DNA of 64,000 nucleotides from Eledone cirrhosa (GCA_964016885.1 OZ024741.1:214520001-214584000); one strand, 5' to 3'. Counted from the stretch's first letter, positions 43,283 to 56,690 are shown. Notes: a model not told the origin generated them from the sequence alone. Translations and numbers: made by a program.

Positions 43283-46200
43283 CTCAGTCATTGATGTTGG
43301 TTAACTGGAAAGTCCGTTGGATTGAATATCAAGCCACTACCTGCAGCCTCAGATATTCAGGACGTATCGGAGGGTTCTTGCCGTTCCAAGCAAGCATGCC
43401 TTTTGAAGCGTTCCAAAAAGCGTGAAGGGGCCGATTTTCTTTAACCATCCCTGGAAACCTTTGGAGATAGTCCCCAGTGCGCCTATGACAATCGGGATCA
43501 CTTTGACTTCATGGCAGTTCCAAATCCTTTTCACCTCCCACTTTAGGTCCTGGTATCGGTTAATTTTCTCCCTCTCCTTCTCTTGCACTCTCGTGTCGAA
43601 CGGGCAGGCCACATCCACAATCAGGCACGATCTTTTTTCTTTGTCCACAACCACCAGGTCAGGTCTATTGTGTTCCAGTTTTTTGTCCGTCTGTATCCTA
43701 AAATCCCACAGCACCTTCACCTGACTGTTCTCCATCACCGCATCTGGCCTATGCTCATACCATTTCTCAGAATGTGGTAGATTGTTTACTTTGCACAGGT
43801 GCCAGTGGATCACCCTGCCCATCACATCGTGTCTCCAGCCCTTATAGTGGGTCTGGGCTAGGTATTTACACTCGGACACAATGTGGGCCACAGTCTCCTC
43901 TCTCTCTCCACAGATCCTGCACAGTGGGCTAGCCTCCTCCTTGTAGATATGGTGCTTCAACCACTTCGTTTTGAGGGCCTGCTCCTGCGCAGCCATTAGC
44001 ATTCCTTCTGTAGCCTTTTTGAGGTCTCCTCTTCTCAACCAGTTCCATGTCTGTGGATCTCTAAATTCAGTTTTCTCAAAGAAGGTACTATGAAGGGATT
44101 TTCCCTTAAGGCTGCTCTTCCTCCTTGATGTTATTTCCTCCTTGGATATCCCCTGGCCTACTGTCCCCTCCTTCAGTACAGCTCTGAGCATTGGCTCCTT
44201 ACTATAGGTCACGTATTTGTATAGGTTGTTTTTCTCCATCTGAACACAGTCCTCTATGCTGATAAGACTTCTTCCACCCTCAGATCTCCTTAGGTAGAGT
44301 CTATCGACATCACTCCTCTTGTGGAACATGTTGTAGATAGTCAATAGCTTCCTAGTCTTCCTATCCATTTCTTTTTGTTCAGCAACATTCCATCTCAGAA
44401 TTCCCGCACTGTACCTAATAATAGACACAGCTCGGGAATTTACTGCGCTTATGGCATTTCTGCTGTTCAGATGTGACTTCAATACGCTCCTTACTCTCCG
44501 AATGTATTCAGTTCTTAACAATTCCTTCATTTTTTTGTTCTTTATGCCATCAGCCTCCAGAACGCCCAAATACTTGTATCCTTCCTCAGAGTCAATTTCC
44601 TTTATCATCTCACCTGTTGGTATCTGGATCCCGTTACTTCTGCTCAACCTACCCCTCCTCATCACAATGACTCCACATTTACCAATACCAAACTGCATAC
44701 ATATATCACTGCTGAAAATACGGACAGTGTCAACAAGCACATCCAACTCCTTCTCACTTTTCCCGAAGAGCTTAAGATCGTCCATGAAGAGGAGGTGATT
44801 GATGGTAAGCTCTCCCCTTCCCAACTTGTATCCTGCTCTCACTTTTCGCAGCATAATGGTCAAGGGCATCAGGGCAAGGACAAACAACAGAGGGGACAGG
44901 CTTCCCTGGAAGATACCTCTCTTGATCTTCACGCTTCCCAAGGATACTCCAGTTGATGTCAACTCTGTCTCCCAGGACCCCATACTCCTGCCCAGCAACT
45001 GTCTGATGTTATCTGCCACCCTGAAGATCTCCAGGCTTTTGGTGATCCAGGAATGAGGCACCATGTCAAATGCCTTTCTGTAGTCTATCCATCCCATGGC
45101 AAGATCAGTGTGTCTCCTCCTGCAATTCCCCATTACCATCTTATCAATAAGCAACTGGTCCTTTGTACCACGTGACTTCTTTCGGCATCCTTTCTGTTCG
45201 TCCGGTAACAAGTTGTTTGTGTGGAGGTGATGGTAGATTTCCTCAGACACAATGCTCGTCAACAGTTTCCACATTACGGGCAGACATGTGATAGGTCTAT
45301 AGTTGGTAACATCATTACCCTTGCTTCGGTCTTTCATTATCAGAACTGTGGTACCTTTTGTCAACCACTCTGGCACCTCACCCGACACCAAGCAGTCATT
45401 GAACATGGCCGTCAGCTTCGGGTGGAGGGATGTTAAATGTTTAATCCAATACCCCTGCACACCATCTGGGCCTGGTGATTTCCAGTTGGTTAGTTTTTTG
45501 GCTTGCCCCTTAAGAGTTTCAACTGTGATACTCAAATCAGTCTGTTGTTGTGCCTGCTCACCGATCTCCCTCTGTACTGTCTCAATCCACCCTGCCTGGG
45601 CATTGTGTCTAACATCCTGCTCCCATATTCCTCTCCAGAATGTTTTAGCTTGTTCCGCCCCAGGGATCAAGTCGTTGCCTCTTTCTTTCCCCTCAAGCTG
45701 TCCAAACAGCATCTTCTGGTTGTTGTCGAACATGCGGTTCTGTTTATACTGACTGACTCTGTTCTCGTATCGCCTGATTTTGGCACTCTTTGCTACAATG
45801 CGTTGCTTCAATTCCTCTATGATAATATTTAGCTTTTTACTCCTAGTTTTGTATTTTATTTCCAGTCTATTTTTAGTGCCTATGTTTTTTAGTGTCCCAT
45901 TCAGTAGTGACTCAAGCTTTCCTATGTCATTTCTCATTTCCCTGATTTGCCCACTCAGTCGCTTCTTCCACCACGGCTCTGCTCTTTCTTGTCTGTTGTT
46001 TCCTCTCGCTTTTATACCAAGTAGTTTCCTCACCGTATTTGCTGTTGCTTTGAGGATATTGTTGCACTGGTGAAGACTCCTCGCCTCAAGGTATGGGATG
46101 ACTTTGTTTACCCTAGCTGTTGTTTCTTTTAACTTTTTCCTGTCTACAAATCTTAGGTTCATATGTCTCCCACTATCATTGTTCAACTCATCTACCACTA

Positions 46201-47008
46201 AATTTAGGATGTCAACCGAATCTTGTCTTAGCCCGTCAGCATTCATCTCCTCAGTGGCCGTATCTCTGTTCCAGGTATTATTTATCTCAGTATTCAGATC
46301 ATTGTCTGCTTCGGGTGGTTCCTCCGTTCTCAGGACCTCCTCACCTTCATTTCCCGCCGGCTCGCTTGTCTGGCATACTACACCCGCCATCTCCAAGCCA
46401 TTCTCTCTGCTCAGTTCCTCCAGTTCCAGCTCGCTTATCCACCCATTAGTTCTTATTACCCGAGCCTGCCCGGCCAATTTTTGTTCATCTAATTTAAATA
46501 AACCAATCTCGTTCCAGATGTTATGCATCCGTCTCCTGTAGCCCCTCTCCTTGGGGTTACTTTTCAGGTAGCATTGCATAACAGTTCTATTCAATTCTTT
46601 CGTCCAGTTGGTTCTGGCCCCTTTCCTTCTTCTTCTTCCTCCAACATCAGCAGTATTTGGTTGACAGTCAGGTTCCTGCTGCTGAGCCAGGGGGCACCTG
46701 TTGGGTGAGAGTCTGTCACATGACGTTCTAGTCTCCATTTCACCGTTATTCGAACTGTTTATGTTCGATATTTAAACACTCTTATCGAGGATTGGCGAAT
46801 GTATGTTTACATAGCCATCTGTGGATCCGCCATCCCACTTGGCCCTTGTGTGGCATTATCACCACGCTGTATACGGACACACATAAACAAACAAACACAC
46901 GGGCAGAAAGGGCCCCAAAAATGAATAAGCATAAGTTTCATTGTAATGTAGTATTCGAATGTCTGACTTAGTTTTTGTTTTTTAAGTTTTACTTTTTCCC
47001 CCCTAATA

Positions 47009-47010
<2 letters not shown>
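43283..47010 (-). mobile_element. Full-length R4/Dong-clade non-LTR retrotransposon inserted in (TAA)n
   Basis: Single RT plus RLE ORF, short 3' UTR, (TAA)n on both flanks. Confidence 0.9.
43349..46738 (-). CDS. R4/Dong-type polyprotein, 1129 aa: RT, CCHC finger, restriction-like endonuclease
   Basis: KSPGPDG, NYRPITCL, IDYRKAFD, LFMDDLKL, CRICGEREETVAHIVSEC, RHD, RPDL..D, EK..RY. Confidence 0.93.
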   Translation of the reverse strand: METRTSCDRLSPNRCPLAQQQEPDCQPNTADVGGRRRRKGARTNWTKELNRTVMQCYLKSNPKERGYRRRMHNIWNEIGLFKLDEQKLAGQARVIRTNGWISELELEELSRENGLEMAGVVCQTSEPAGNEGEEVLRTEEPPEADNDLNTEINNTWNRDTATEEMNADGLRQDSVDILNLVVDELNNDSGRHMNLRFVDRKKLKETTARVNKVIPYLEARSLHQCNNILKATANTVRKLLGIKARGNNRQERAEPWWKKRLSGQIREMRNDIGKLESLLNGTLKNIGTKNRLEIKYKTRSKKLNIIIEELKQRIVAKSAKIRRYENRVSQYKQNRMFDNNQKMLFGQLEGKERGNDLIPGAEQAKTFWRGIWEQDVRHNAQAGWIETVQREIGEQAQQQTDLSITVETLKGQAKKLTNWKSPGPDGVQGYWIKHLTSLHPKLTAMFNDCLVSGEVPEWLTKGTTVLIMKDRSKGNDVTNYRPITCLPVMWKLLTSIVSEEIYHHLHTNNLLPDEQKGCRKKSRGTKDQLLIDKMVMGNCRRRHTDLAMGWIDYRKAFDMVPHSWITKSLEIFRVADNIRQLLGRSMGSWETELTSTGVSLGSVKIKRGIFQGSLSPLLFVLALMPLTIMLRKVRAGYKLGRGELTINHLLFMDDLKLFGKSEKELDVLVDTVRIFSSDICMQFGIGKCGVIVMRRGRLSRSNGIQIPTGEMIKEIDSEEGYKYLGVLEADGIKNKKMKELLRTEYIRRVRSVLKSHLNSRNAISAVNSRAVSIIRYSAGILRWNVAEQKEMDRKTRKLLTIYNMFHKRSDVDRLYLRRSEGGRSLISIEDCVQMEKNNLYKYVTYSKEPMLRAVLKEGTVGQGISKEEITSRRKSSLKGKSLHSTFFEKTEFRDPQTWNWLRRGDLKKATEGMLMAAQEQALKTKWLKHHIYKEEASPLCRICGEREETVAHIVSECKYLAQTHYKGWRHDVMGRVIHWHLCKVNNLPHSEKWYEHRPDAVMENSQVKVLWDFRIQTDKKLEHNRPDLVVVDKEKRSCLIVDVACPFDTRVQEKEREKINRYQDLKWEVKRIWNCHEVKVIPIVIGALGTISKGFQGWLKKIGPFTLFGTLQKACLLGTARTLRYVLNI

Positions 47011-47073
<63 letters not shown>

Positions 47074-47075
<2 letters not shown>

Positions 47076-47661
47076 TCGAACACCTGCTGTCGCGTGTAGA
47101 ACGGATCTAGCTATGATCTGGGTCCATCGTGAGGATTGCCCCGCCCTCTTCCTTTAGCCGGGAAGGGCAGGTAGTTTTTATCTGTCTGGTGGCCATGGCG
47201 AAAGAGATAGTATGGTGGACGCGTCTGAAAGGGCTGAAGACGAGCACTTACCTCTTCGGTGATGCCCTGATTAACTTTTTCAAATTTCATTTGAAGAGGA
47301 AAATCAGGGTAGAGAGGGAAGTGCTCTCTTCCCAGCTTTTGTTGGAAAATGGGTGAGAGAGGCAAGAATCGCCCGAGTTAATGGACCAACTCTGAGTATA
47401 TGCCTGTAAATTGAAGGTGGAAAACTGGGAGAGGACAATTGCCCTGGTGGTCAGGGTCACCGTGGCATTTTTTAATGGGCTTTCTCCACGGTGGCCCTCG
47501 GAAGTCTCCCCCCTATTGGGGAATTTTTCATTGTTCTTTTATTACATCCTCTGTTTTTTTTTGTTTTTTTTTACACGCAGAAATGCCCATTTGTACCGTC
47601 CTGTATTGTCATGTACTGTCCTTAATGTCTACTTTGTGTAAACCCTTGTGGTTAATAAAGA

Positions 47662-47698
<37 letters not shown>
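47074..47698 (+). mobile_element. 5'-truncated Tx1-like LINE copy
   Basis: High similarity to 52970-53590; (ATT)n on both sides. Confidence 0.9.
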
Positions 47699-47913
47699 GG
47701 CGACCTACGTAGTAAATCGTATCATCGTGAGCACCGCAAAGGTTTGTCATTTTCAGTTATTTAAAATTGCCATTCATGGAAAATTTTTATTGTTAACTGT
47801 ATATAAGTGCACATACATTGATTTCTGAAAAGGACACTCAAAAATATTGGGGTTTTAAGCCCCAAATTTAAACTTTTTATAATTATCAAACAAAAATTTT
47901 TCTTTGAAAAATA

Positions 47914-49866
47914 ATGGATTACTCAGAGTCACTCCTTCCTCACAATCCAACACCTCACACCGACACCACCATTGTAAATATTGCTACGTTTGCCAACACT
48001 GGAATTGTAAGCAGTAGCAATATTTTAAATTTGTCTCAGGCAGACGTTCATTTCCCGCCATTACCAATGACTGCAGGTGTTAAAGCCGCCACCACCACTG
48101 CCACCACCGCGACAACCCCCACCCCACCACCACCACAGTGACAACAGAAACAAAAGAAAAAATAAATTAACTCGTGATATCGAAATGAATTCAACCAAAA
48201 TGAACTCTTCCACACCGAACACCACTAACGCCACCACCACCACAACTGAAACTAAAATTAACAATAGCAAAAATAACGATAATAACAACAGCAACAATGA
48301 AATTAAGAAAACTACCCTGAGTTTTGCCAGAGTAGCAAAAACGTGCGAAGCGATCCAGGTAACTCAGGAAGAATTAGAAGAAGCCAAAGGAATGGTAAAG
48401 AAAGATGGGTACATGGTCAGCCCCCCCCCCCCCCACCTAATAAAATGGAGCAACGTCGCCTATGCACCGTGCCTTATCGGACAATAAACATAAAATCGCG
48501 CCGAGTGGAACGGGCATCTGAGTCCCTAATCCAAAAAGCTTTGGGACATGTGTGGGCAAAAAAACCCACATCAGACGTGGGCAGAAGTATGGAACCGTGG
48601 ACGTGTACTTTGAAACACCACAGGAGGCCAGAGAACACTCCATGGCCCCATTAAGAAGTGACGACTTCACACTCATCCCAAGCTATTGTGGCCAGAGACT
48701 TGTGAAGATCAGGGTGACCCACGTTCCACCGGCCATCGAAATTCCCTGGCTAATGGCTGCCGTCCTCGCCGGCATCGAGGCCAACAACAAAATAATAGAA
48801 ATTGCAAAAGAAAAGCAGGAGAACTGGTCCGGATCTGGGATGGAGCTCCTGATCCAAGCGGACCATAAAAGCATTGAGGAGATCCCAGAGGTAATAGACC
48901 TCACTGACGGCAGCCACCTCAGCGTAATCGTCGAGGGCAGAAGACCTAGGTGTCTCGTTTGTGGTGAAGGTACCCACCTAAGGGCTTTCTGCCCTCAGGC
49001 TAAAATGTTGAGGCCACCTCTCTTACCCACCCCAGTGACTCAACCATCAACACCACCAGCAGCAGAAATAGCAGCAACAACTGTAGCAGCAACAACAGAA
49101 GCAACTGTAACAGCAACAACCCCAGCAACAGTAGCAAAACCAACACCACCACCACCCAACGCCCCAGAACTAGCACCAGCGCCTACACCATCCACCACGC
49201 CACAACCAAAAAGAACGCCTGTGGAGGATTTTCCACTCCCCGGCTTATCGCAACTGGAAACAGATTGTGACGACGAGGAGTGGGAAACGGTATCAGGAAA
49301 AAAGAAAAAAAGAAACCAAAAAAGAAAAAAATACTCTTCCTTCCCCCTCCAAAAACAAAATACAGAGGGAAACAAATAAATTATCGAAGAAGAAAGTTAA
49401 GACAGATATGCCACCATCCACACCAGCATCACCAACCCCATCACCACAAACACCAACACCATCACCATCATTAACCCCAACACCACCATCACCAACACCA
49501 CAAAAGTCACCAAAAAGCGTAACAGAAACAAACCCACAACAAACGCAAACAAAACAAAATAACCAAAACGATACACACTACACAGCATTAAATTTGAACA
49601 ACCAATTATTACACTACATGCAACACAACACAAGCATCACAGAAAAAGACTACACAACAACCCAAAAGTTCACACCACCTCCACACATACAAATCACTCG
49701 CATCACACAGAAAACGTACATGACACTAAAACAAATATTCCCCCAAAACATCGGAGAGTTCCGACAAACACTCTCCAGGAGGATTTATAAGGACATCCTT
49801 CCGGAGGAGGCCACAAGCAGTGAAAAGGATGGACAAACCATCCTTCCTCTACGAGAAGTAAGGTAA
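47914..49866 (+). pseudogene. LINE ORF1 (gag-like zinc knuckle), frameshifted
   Basis: CLVCGEGTHLRAFCP (CX2CX4HX4C), SFARVAK and WETV..KKKR motifs split over several frames; start approximate. Confidence 0.75.
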
Positions 49867-49900
49867 GAGGTCTTTCCCATCTTTTCCACTCCATTTCAAC

Positions 49901-52900
49901 ATGACCTCACTCAGAATAGGCAGCATAAATGCGCGTGGCTTGGGGTCGTCATGGAAGCAGGGCCACCTGCTCAACAACCTCCGGTCACTAAACATAGATG
50001 TAGTGGCCATCAGCGAGACCAGAGTCTCCGAAGCACGGGCCTTCGCACCGATCTTCGGCGGCTACGATGTGTACGCATCTCCCAGCCGTCCGGGATCGGG
50101 GAGAGGAGTTGCTGTGCTTTTCCGGAGAGGTTTGGATTTCGCATACGGGCCATCTTCCTGGACCCCGAAGGTAAGTTGGTGGTGCTAGACGGGCAAGCTT
50201 TCAGGCTAGTGGCCGTCTATGCCCCGACAGGAGCAGGGCGGCCTGATTTTTTCCGGCGTCTGGAGACCTTTCTTGGAACGTCCCGCTCTTTAATGTTAGT
50301 GGGCGACTGGAACAGGATCTTAGATGCACGCTGAGACTGTGTGGGATTAGCGGATAGGGGAGGAGGGTGCAAGAGCCTCACCAACCTGCTCAGGCGTTTT
50401 GAACTGTCTGACAGGTACCGATTGGATTTCCCGAATGTGCCAATGTGGACTTGGACAAATCGCATAGGGTCATCCAGATCATATCTAGATAGAGTATTTT
50501 GTAAAGAAATAGATAGGTCTAGCATAGGCTGTCCACAATTCAAGATAGTCACCTACACGGACCACAAATTCGTGATCTGTGTGTTTGACTTAGATAGGCT
50601 TCATAGACGAGGACCCGGCTACTGGAAGCTAAACGCGTCCTTACCAGCGCGCAAGGCCTACAGAGACCGGATTAGCGAACTAGTTAAGCGGGCATTGACG
50701 ATGGCCCCCATCGTCAACAACAAGTGGTGGTTTGCTCTGAAAAGAGCAATTAGAATAGAGTCCATTAGGTTTAGTAAGGCTTTAGCAATAGAGAAAAATA
50801 GAGTATACGGAGCATTAGTTAGAAAATTAGACGAGGCGCTTAGCAAATGCATCGCGACCGACATACTTGCGGCGAAATTGGCCCTTGACCAATTCTTCAA
50901 TGCAAAGCACAAAGGCTGCGTTGTCAGAGCTAGGGTGCGTGCTCTCAGACACGAGGGAACGAAAGCCGTTCAATGGGCCCGAGTGGCGGAGGCGCGTCGT
51001 GGCAACAAAGCCACGATCCGGTCTTTGGTGGACCACGACGGGCGCATGCTACTCGATCCCGGGCAAATGTGTTAATCTTTTCAGCGGCGACACTTCGCTC
51101 AGTTGTTCGGGGGCAGCGGCGGGCCGGATCGAGGAATGGACTTTAGTGTCTACCTCGACGGACTGCCGCGGCTCTCGGCCACTGAGGCGGAGTGTTGCGA
51201 AAAGCCGATAACAGCCGCTGAAGTACGGGAGGCAATGACTAGCTGCACAAGGGGTAAATTGCCTGGTTTGGATGGTCTGCCCTATGAACTTTACGTACAG
51301 ATGCCAGACTTGTTCGGAGGCCTCTTGGCGGACGTCTACTGCAACTGGCAACAGAACGGGAGAATTCCCAGCTCTGTGAGCCGAGGAACTGTGGCGCTGC
51401 CGAGAAAGGATCCGAACAAGGGGGATAACATAGATAATTTTAGGCCCATAACTCTGCTAAACACAGAGTTCAAGGTTTTGGCCAAGGTGCTAGCAAAGAG
51501 GTTGGCGCTTGTCGTTGGTGGTCTGGTGGGAGAGGCGCAGACATGCGCCATTCCCGACAGATTCAGCCACGACAACCTCCACCTCATGCGATACATCGTA
51601 GAGAGGGTAGCTAGGGAACCTGCACGGGTGGGTCCTTAATCAATTTAGATCAGTCGAAAGCTTTCGATAGGGTCGACCATCGTTACCTAGCGGCAGTCCT
51701 GAGGGCGGCTGGCTTTGGGCCCGTCTTCAGAGGCTGGATCGCTGCCATGCACAGCGACATCTGCTCTGTGGTGAGAGTGAACGGTCACCTTTCGGAACCG
51801 TTCAACATCATGCGCTCGGTCCGCCAAGGATGTCCCCTCTCGTCCCTCTTGTACGTATTGACTCTCGAGCCATTACTGCACAAACTGGAGACGTTGAGGG
51901 GGGTCCCGCGCGAACTAGGATGCGGAAGATCCGTGTCAGCATATGCGGACGATGTCACCGTAGTGGTGTCGAACGCCAAACACATCGAGGCGATCGGCAC
52001 TACACTAAAAGAATACGAAGCGGTGACAGGAGCAATGATCAACCAGGAAAAGTCATTGGGCCTGCAGCTCGGTACCTGGAGAGGCTGGTTCATGCCGTCC
52101 AACAGCGTCGTCGGGCGCTGGACGGACGGACCAGTTAAATTGCTCGGGGTCTGGTTCGGTCCGGACCTCCAGACGGACAAAAACTAGGATGAGGTGACGA
52201 GTAGGGTGGCTTCTCTCACCCAGAAATGGGCGGAGAGGAAGCTATCCCTGAAAGGTCGAGCGGAGCTGGCTAACGCGTATATCGCGTCCGTCATCTACTA
52301 CCGCCTGACCGTCGTACCTTGTCCTAAGCACCGCCTGACTGCGCTGGAGCATTTGCTCTTTTTGTGGAAGGGACGCGCTCCGATGGTCAGGCGGTCCATC
52401 TGCTGTCAACACCCGCTACGTGGAGGGCTGGGAATGCCGTGGCTAATGATGCGCAGACACGCGCTCAGGCTACGACATCTCCACCTCTTCCTTGACGGTG
52501 ATCAGGTGTGGTCTCCGTTTGCTAGACACGTCTTTCTCCAGCTCGTCTCCTTGACGGAGCTGCAGTCCTGGGTCAAGCGAAGACCGAGAGGGAGCGCTTG
52601 GAGACTGGAATGTCTTCAGGCGCTCACAGCCCTCGACCAATCGGGCAATGTGATCGGTGGAAACTCCACCTTGGCGTTCTATAGAGGATTAGTGGAGGGG
52701 AAGAGCGACGACGTACTTGGGGAAACTCTAGGCGTCGACGAAAATCAACTAGCCAATCTCTTCGGAAGAACCTTCGGGCTGGGGCCTATGGACAACTTCC
52801 AGAAATCCCTGGCCTGGCAGTGCTACTGAGTAGCTTTGCCAGTTCGGGATAAACTCTACAGGAATGGAGGTGCCGTCAGCCGGGCATGTCCGAGATGCGC

Positions 52901-53366
52901 GCAGGGCGACGAAACCGTCCTGTATGCACTCGTCCAGTGTCCGAGCATTGCTGACTTGTGGGTTTATGTCGAACACCTGCTGTCGCGTGTGGGACGGATC
53001 CAGCTATCAGCTGAGTCCATCGTGAGGATTGCCCCGCCCTCTTCCTTTAGCCGGGAAAGGCAGGCAGTTTTTATCTGTCTGGTGGCCATGGCGAAAGAGA
53101 TAGTATGGTGGACACGTTTGAAAGGGCTGAAGACGAGCACTTACCTCTTCGGAGATGCCCTGATTAACTTTTTCAAATTTCATTTGAGAAGGAAAATCAG
53201 GGTAGAAAGGGAAGTGCTCTCTTCCCAGCATTTTGTTGAAAGATGGGTGAGAGAGGCAAGAATGGCCCAAGTGAATGGGCCTACTCTGAGTATGTGTCTT
53301 AAATTAAAGGTGCAAAACTGGGAGAGGGCACTTGCCCTGGTGGTCAGGGTCACTGTGGCTTTTTAA
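49901..53366 (+). pseudogene. LINE ORF2 (APE endonuclease, RT, Zn finger) with frameshifts and stops
   Basis: SINARGL, ISET, VYAP, GDWN, YLDR, TDH, PGLDGL, RQGCPLS, YADD, CPRC..ETVLYAL..C. Confidence 0.9.
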
Positions 53367-53550
53367 TGGGTTTTCTCCACGAATGTCCCTCGGAAGTCTC
53401 CCCCCTATTGGGGAATATTTTCCTTGTTCTATTATTACATCCTCTGTTTCTTGTTTTTTTACACGTAGAAATTCCCATTTGTACTGCCCTGTATTATCAT
53501 GTACTGTCCTTAATGTCTACTTTATGTAAACCCTGTGGTTAATAAAGAAA

Positions 53551-53591
<41 letters not shown>

Positions 53592-53594
53592 ATT

Positions 53595-53840
53595 TTTCCT
53601 CTGAGGCATGAGCCTGGGCAAGCTTGTTTGAGGAAGGCCAGCAGTCGCCCATGCATAGCAGTCTCTCCTTTCTACGCCACCGATGTTGTCCAAGGGAGAG
53701 GCAATGACCGATACAGCTTGGCACCAGTGACGTCGCAACTCATTTCTACAGCTGAATAAACTGGGGCAACGTGAAATAAAGTGTCTTGCTCAAGGACACA
53801 ACGCATCACCCTGTCCGAGCATCGAACTCACAACCTCTTA
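53595..53840 (-). mobile_element. CORE-like SINE
   Basis: AAAGTGTCTTGCTCAAGGACAC block shared with 9345-9530. Confidence 0.7.
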
Positions 53841-54257
53841 ATTGCTAATCCTTTGATAGCCTGGCTACTTCTATGATTATTGTAAATAAATACATAGTAT
53901 ATGCTTTTATATACACCCCTATTTTCTTTAACGCTGGTAAAATGAGTTGTACCTGTAATTCAATGGATCACATAGCAACGGCTCGCTTTCATTTTCTAAG
54001 AACAGAACATTCTTTCATGGTAAAGTTCTATTGAGATGCACAATGGAATTTTGCATCCATGTCAAGGACGGCGCTGCTTCAGCATGTCGAATCTTCTGTT
54101 GATTTCAGCTATAAGCGCTCAGTTGACAGATCAACAGATCTTCCGATTCTTGAATAAACGTCTAAGTGCTTGAGTATTCTATAGACAAGTGAACGCGGAA
54201 TTAGCATGTCATGATACGTAACATGGATGTCCTTTTCAATTTGATGTATAATCTATG

Positions 54258-54425
54258 TGGCGATAGGCAGTGAATTGCAGAGTGGTTAGAACGTCAGGTA
54301 GAATGCTTTATAGTGTTCGTTCCGGCTCTCTGCTCTCTGAGTTCAAATCCCACCGAGGTCAACTTTGGCTTTCATCTATTCGAGGTCCAGTCGATAAAAA
54401 GTACCAGTCTAATACTGGTGTCGAT
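54258..54425 (+). mobile_element. Older tRNA-derived SINE
   Basis: GAGTTCAAATCCCACCGAGGTCAACTTTG..TTCATC core. Confidence 0.7.
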
Positions 54426-54780
54426 CCTTCCTCTATTTTTACTTTCTCTTACTTTTCTATGGAAGAAATTTGCTGTATTCAGTCCTGGAAAGGATTGGGT
54501 TCCGTCAGGTTTAACAATTCTCTAGAAACGCTATATATCAATACGACGCCCTACGACTCCATCGGGAGTTGCGGGACCATGCATGCATAGTATGTGGCGA
54601 GATTCTACACATATTTTCCACCAACGAAATGTCCCTCCCAAAGTATAGAGGCATATGTTAACCTGAAGCAATAGTAAGAAAAAAAAATCTATGGGGGGCC
54701 ATGCAATAAGACTGAACCCGACACCGCTCTCATTCAGCACTCAATACTTACAACCCTCAAAGAAAAAACTTACAGACACT

Positions 54781-54977
54781 CTAGACAGCCCTAAAAGATG
54801 AAGGCACACTCTAATGATTTCAATCTGTGGAACCACTGAAAATTGGTTGCTATTTCTAGCAGATTTATTGACTACATATCTAGACAGCCCTAAAAGATGA
54901 AGGCACACTCTAATGATTTCAATCTGTGGAACCACTGAAAATTGGTTGCTATTTCTAGCAGATTTATCGACTACATA
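54781..54977. repeat. ~99-bp tandem duplication
   Basis: CTAGACAGCCCTAAAAGATG at 54781 and ~54880. Confidence 0.85.
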
Positions 54978-55354
54978 GATGATCCTTCTGGTATTTACTG
55001 TCTCTTTGTGGACAATATCAGACAGTTGTGTGATTATCTGGGAGCTATGTGCAAAAAAATATACACCATTACACTGTATGTTAAAATTGACCTTTTACAC
55101 AGACGACTATCAAACTCTACTCAATAGACGTTACATTTAGCTATCAAATAACACAGAGGAAAAATGTATACATCTATATACACACACGCACAGACATACA
55201 TACACAAATACGCACATATATGTATGTATATATATATGTGTGTGGATGTGTGTGTGTGTGTGTGTGTATGTCTCTCTCTCCCTCTCTCTGTCTCTCTGTC
55301 TCTCTATATATGTATATCTATCTATCTATCTATCTATCTCTCTCTCTATATATA

Positions 55355-55421
<67 letters not shown>

Positions 55422-55506
55422 TATGTGTATATATATATATATATGTATATACATATACAAATATATATACTTATATATATATGCATATGTATATATATAT
55501 GTATAT

Positions 55507-55574
<68 letters not shown>

Positions 55575-55607
55575 ACACACACACATATATATAAATATGG
55601 AGAGAGA

Positions 55608-55691
<84 letters not shown>

Positions 55692-55819
55692 GCGGGTGTA
55701 TAAAGGACAAGACAAAAAAAATGATTTCCTTCCACAGGTTGTAATTAGGGAATTATTTAACACAGATGTCATGACAACCGACTGTATTCTTGTGTTGTAA
55801 TATTAGCACCTACAACGTC

Positions 55820-56172
55820 TGCAGCAACAGCAGCAGTATCAACAACAGCAACAACACCAACAACAGCAACAACAACAACAATAACAGCAGCAACAACAAC
55901 AACAGCCGCAATAACAACAACAACAACACCAACAACAACAGCAGCAACAACAACAACAACAGCAGCAGCAGCAGCAGCAACAACAACAACAACAACAACA
56001 ACAGCAACAACAGCAATAACAACAGCATCAGTAACAACAACAGCAGCAGCAGCAACAGCAGCAACAACAACAACAACAACAACAACAACAGCAACAACAG
56101 CAATAACAACAGCATCAGTAACAACAACAGAAGCAGCAACAACAACAGCAGCAATAACAGCAGCAGCAACAA

Positions 56173-56205
<33 letters not shown>

Positions 56206-56423
56206 TGTCAACAACAACAACAACAACAGTAGCAGCAGCAGCAGTAACAACAACAACAGCAGCAACAGCAACAACAGCAGCAACAGCAACAGCAGCAGTA
56301 ACAACAACAACAGCAGCAACAGCAACAACAGCACCACCACCAACAACAGTATCAACACAACAACAACAACAGCAGCAGCAGTAACAACAACAACAACAGC
56401 AGTAACAGCAACAGCAGCAGTAA

Positions 56424-56458
<35 letters not shown>

Positions 56459-56690
56459 ACAACAACAACAACAACACCAACAACAACAGTATCAACACAA
56501 CAGCAACAACAGCAGCAGCAGTAACAACAACAACAACAACACCACCAACAACAACAGTATCAACACAACAGCAACAACAGCAGCAGCAGTAACAACAACA
56601 ACAACAACAGCAACAACAACAGCAACAGTAACAACAACACCAGTAGCAGCAGTAACAACAGCAGCAGCAGCAGTATTAACAGCAGCATCG
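55820..56690. repeat. (CAA)/(CAG) compound trinucleotide repeat
   Basis: Direct inspection. Confidence 0.9.

Larger units (their letters stand above)
47699..53592 (+). mobile_element. Full-length but decayed Tx1/L1-clade LINE
   Basis: ORF1 with zinc knuckle, ORF2 APE-RT-Zn finger, AATAAA and (ATT)n tail; begins immediately after (ATT)n. Confidence 0.92.

Noticed and set aside
46740-47010. HDV-like ribozyme in the Dong 5' UTR
   Set aside because: Could not build the nested double pseudoknot by eye; needs a covariance-model search.
54781-54977. HHR in the ~99-bp duplication (CTAATGA...GAAA)
   Set aside because: Core is mutated and there is no convincing stem I or III.
55790-56524. Asn/Ser-rich protein
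   Set aside because: (CAA/CAG)n microsatellite translation.
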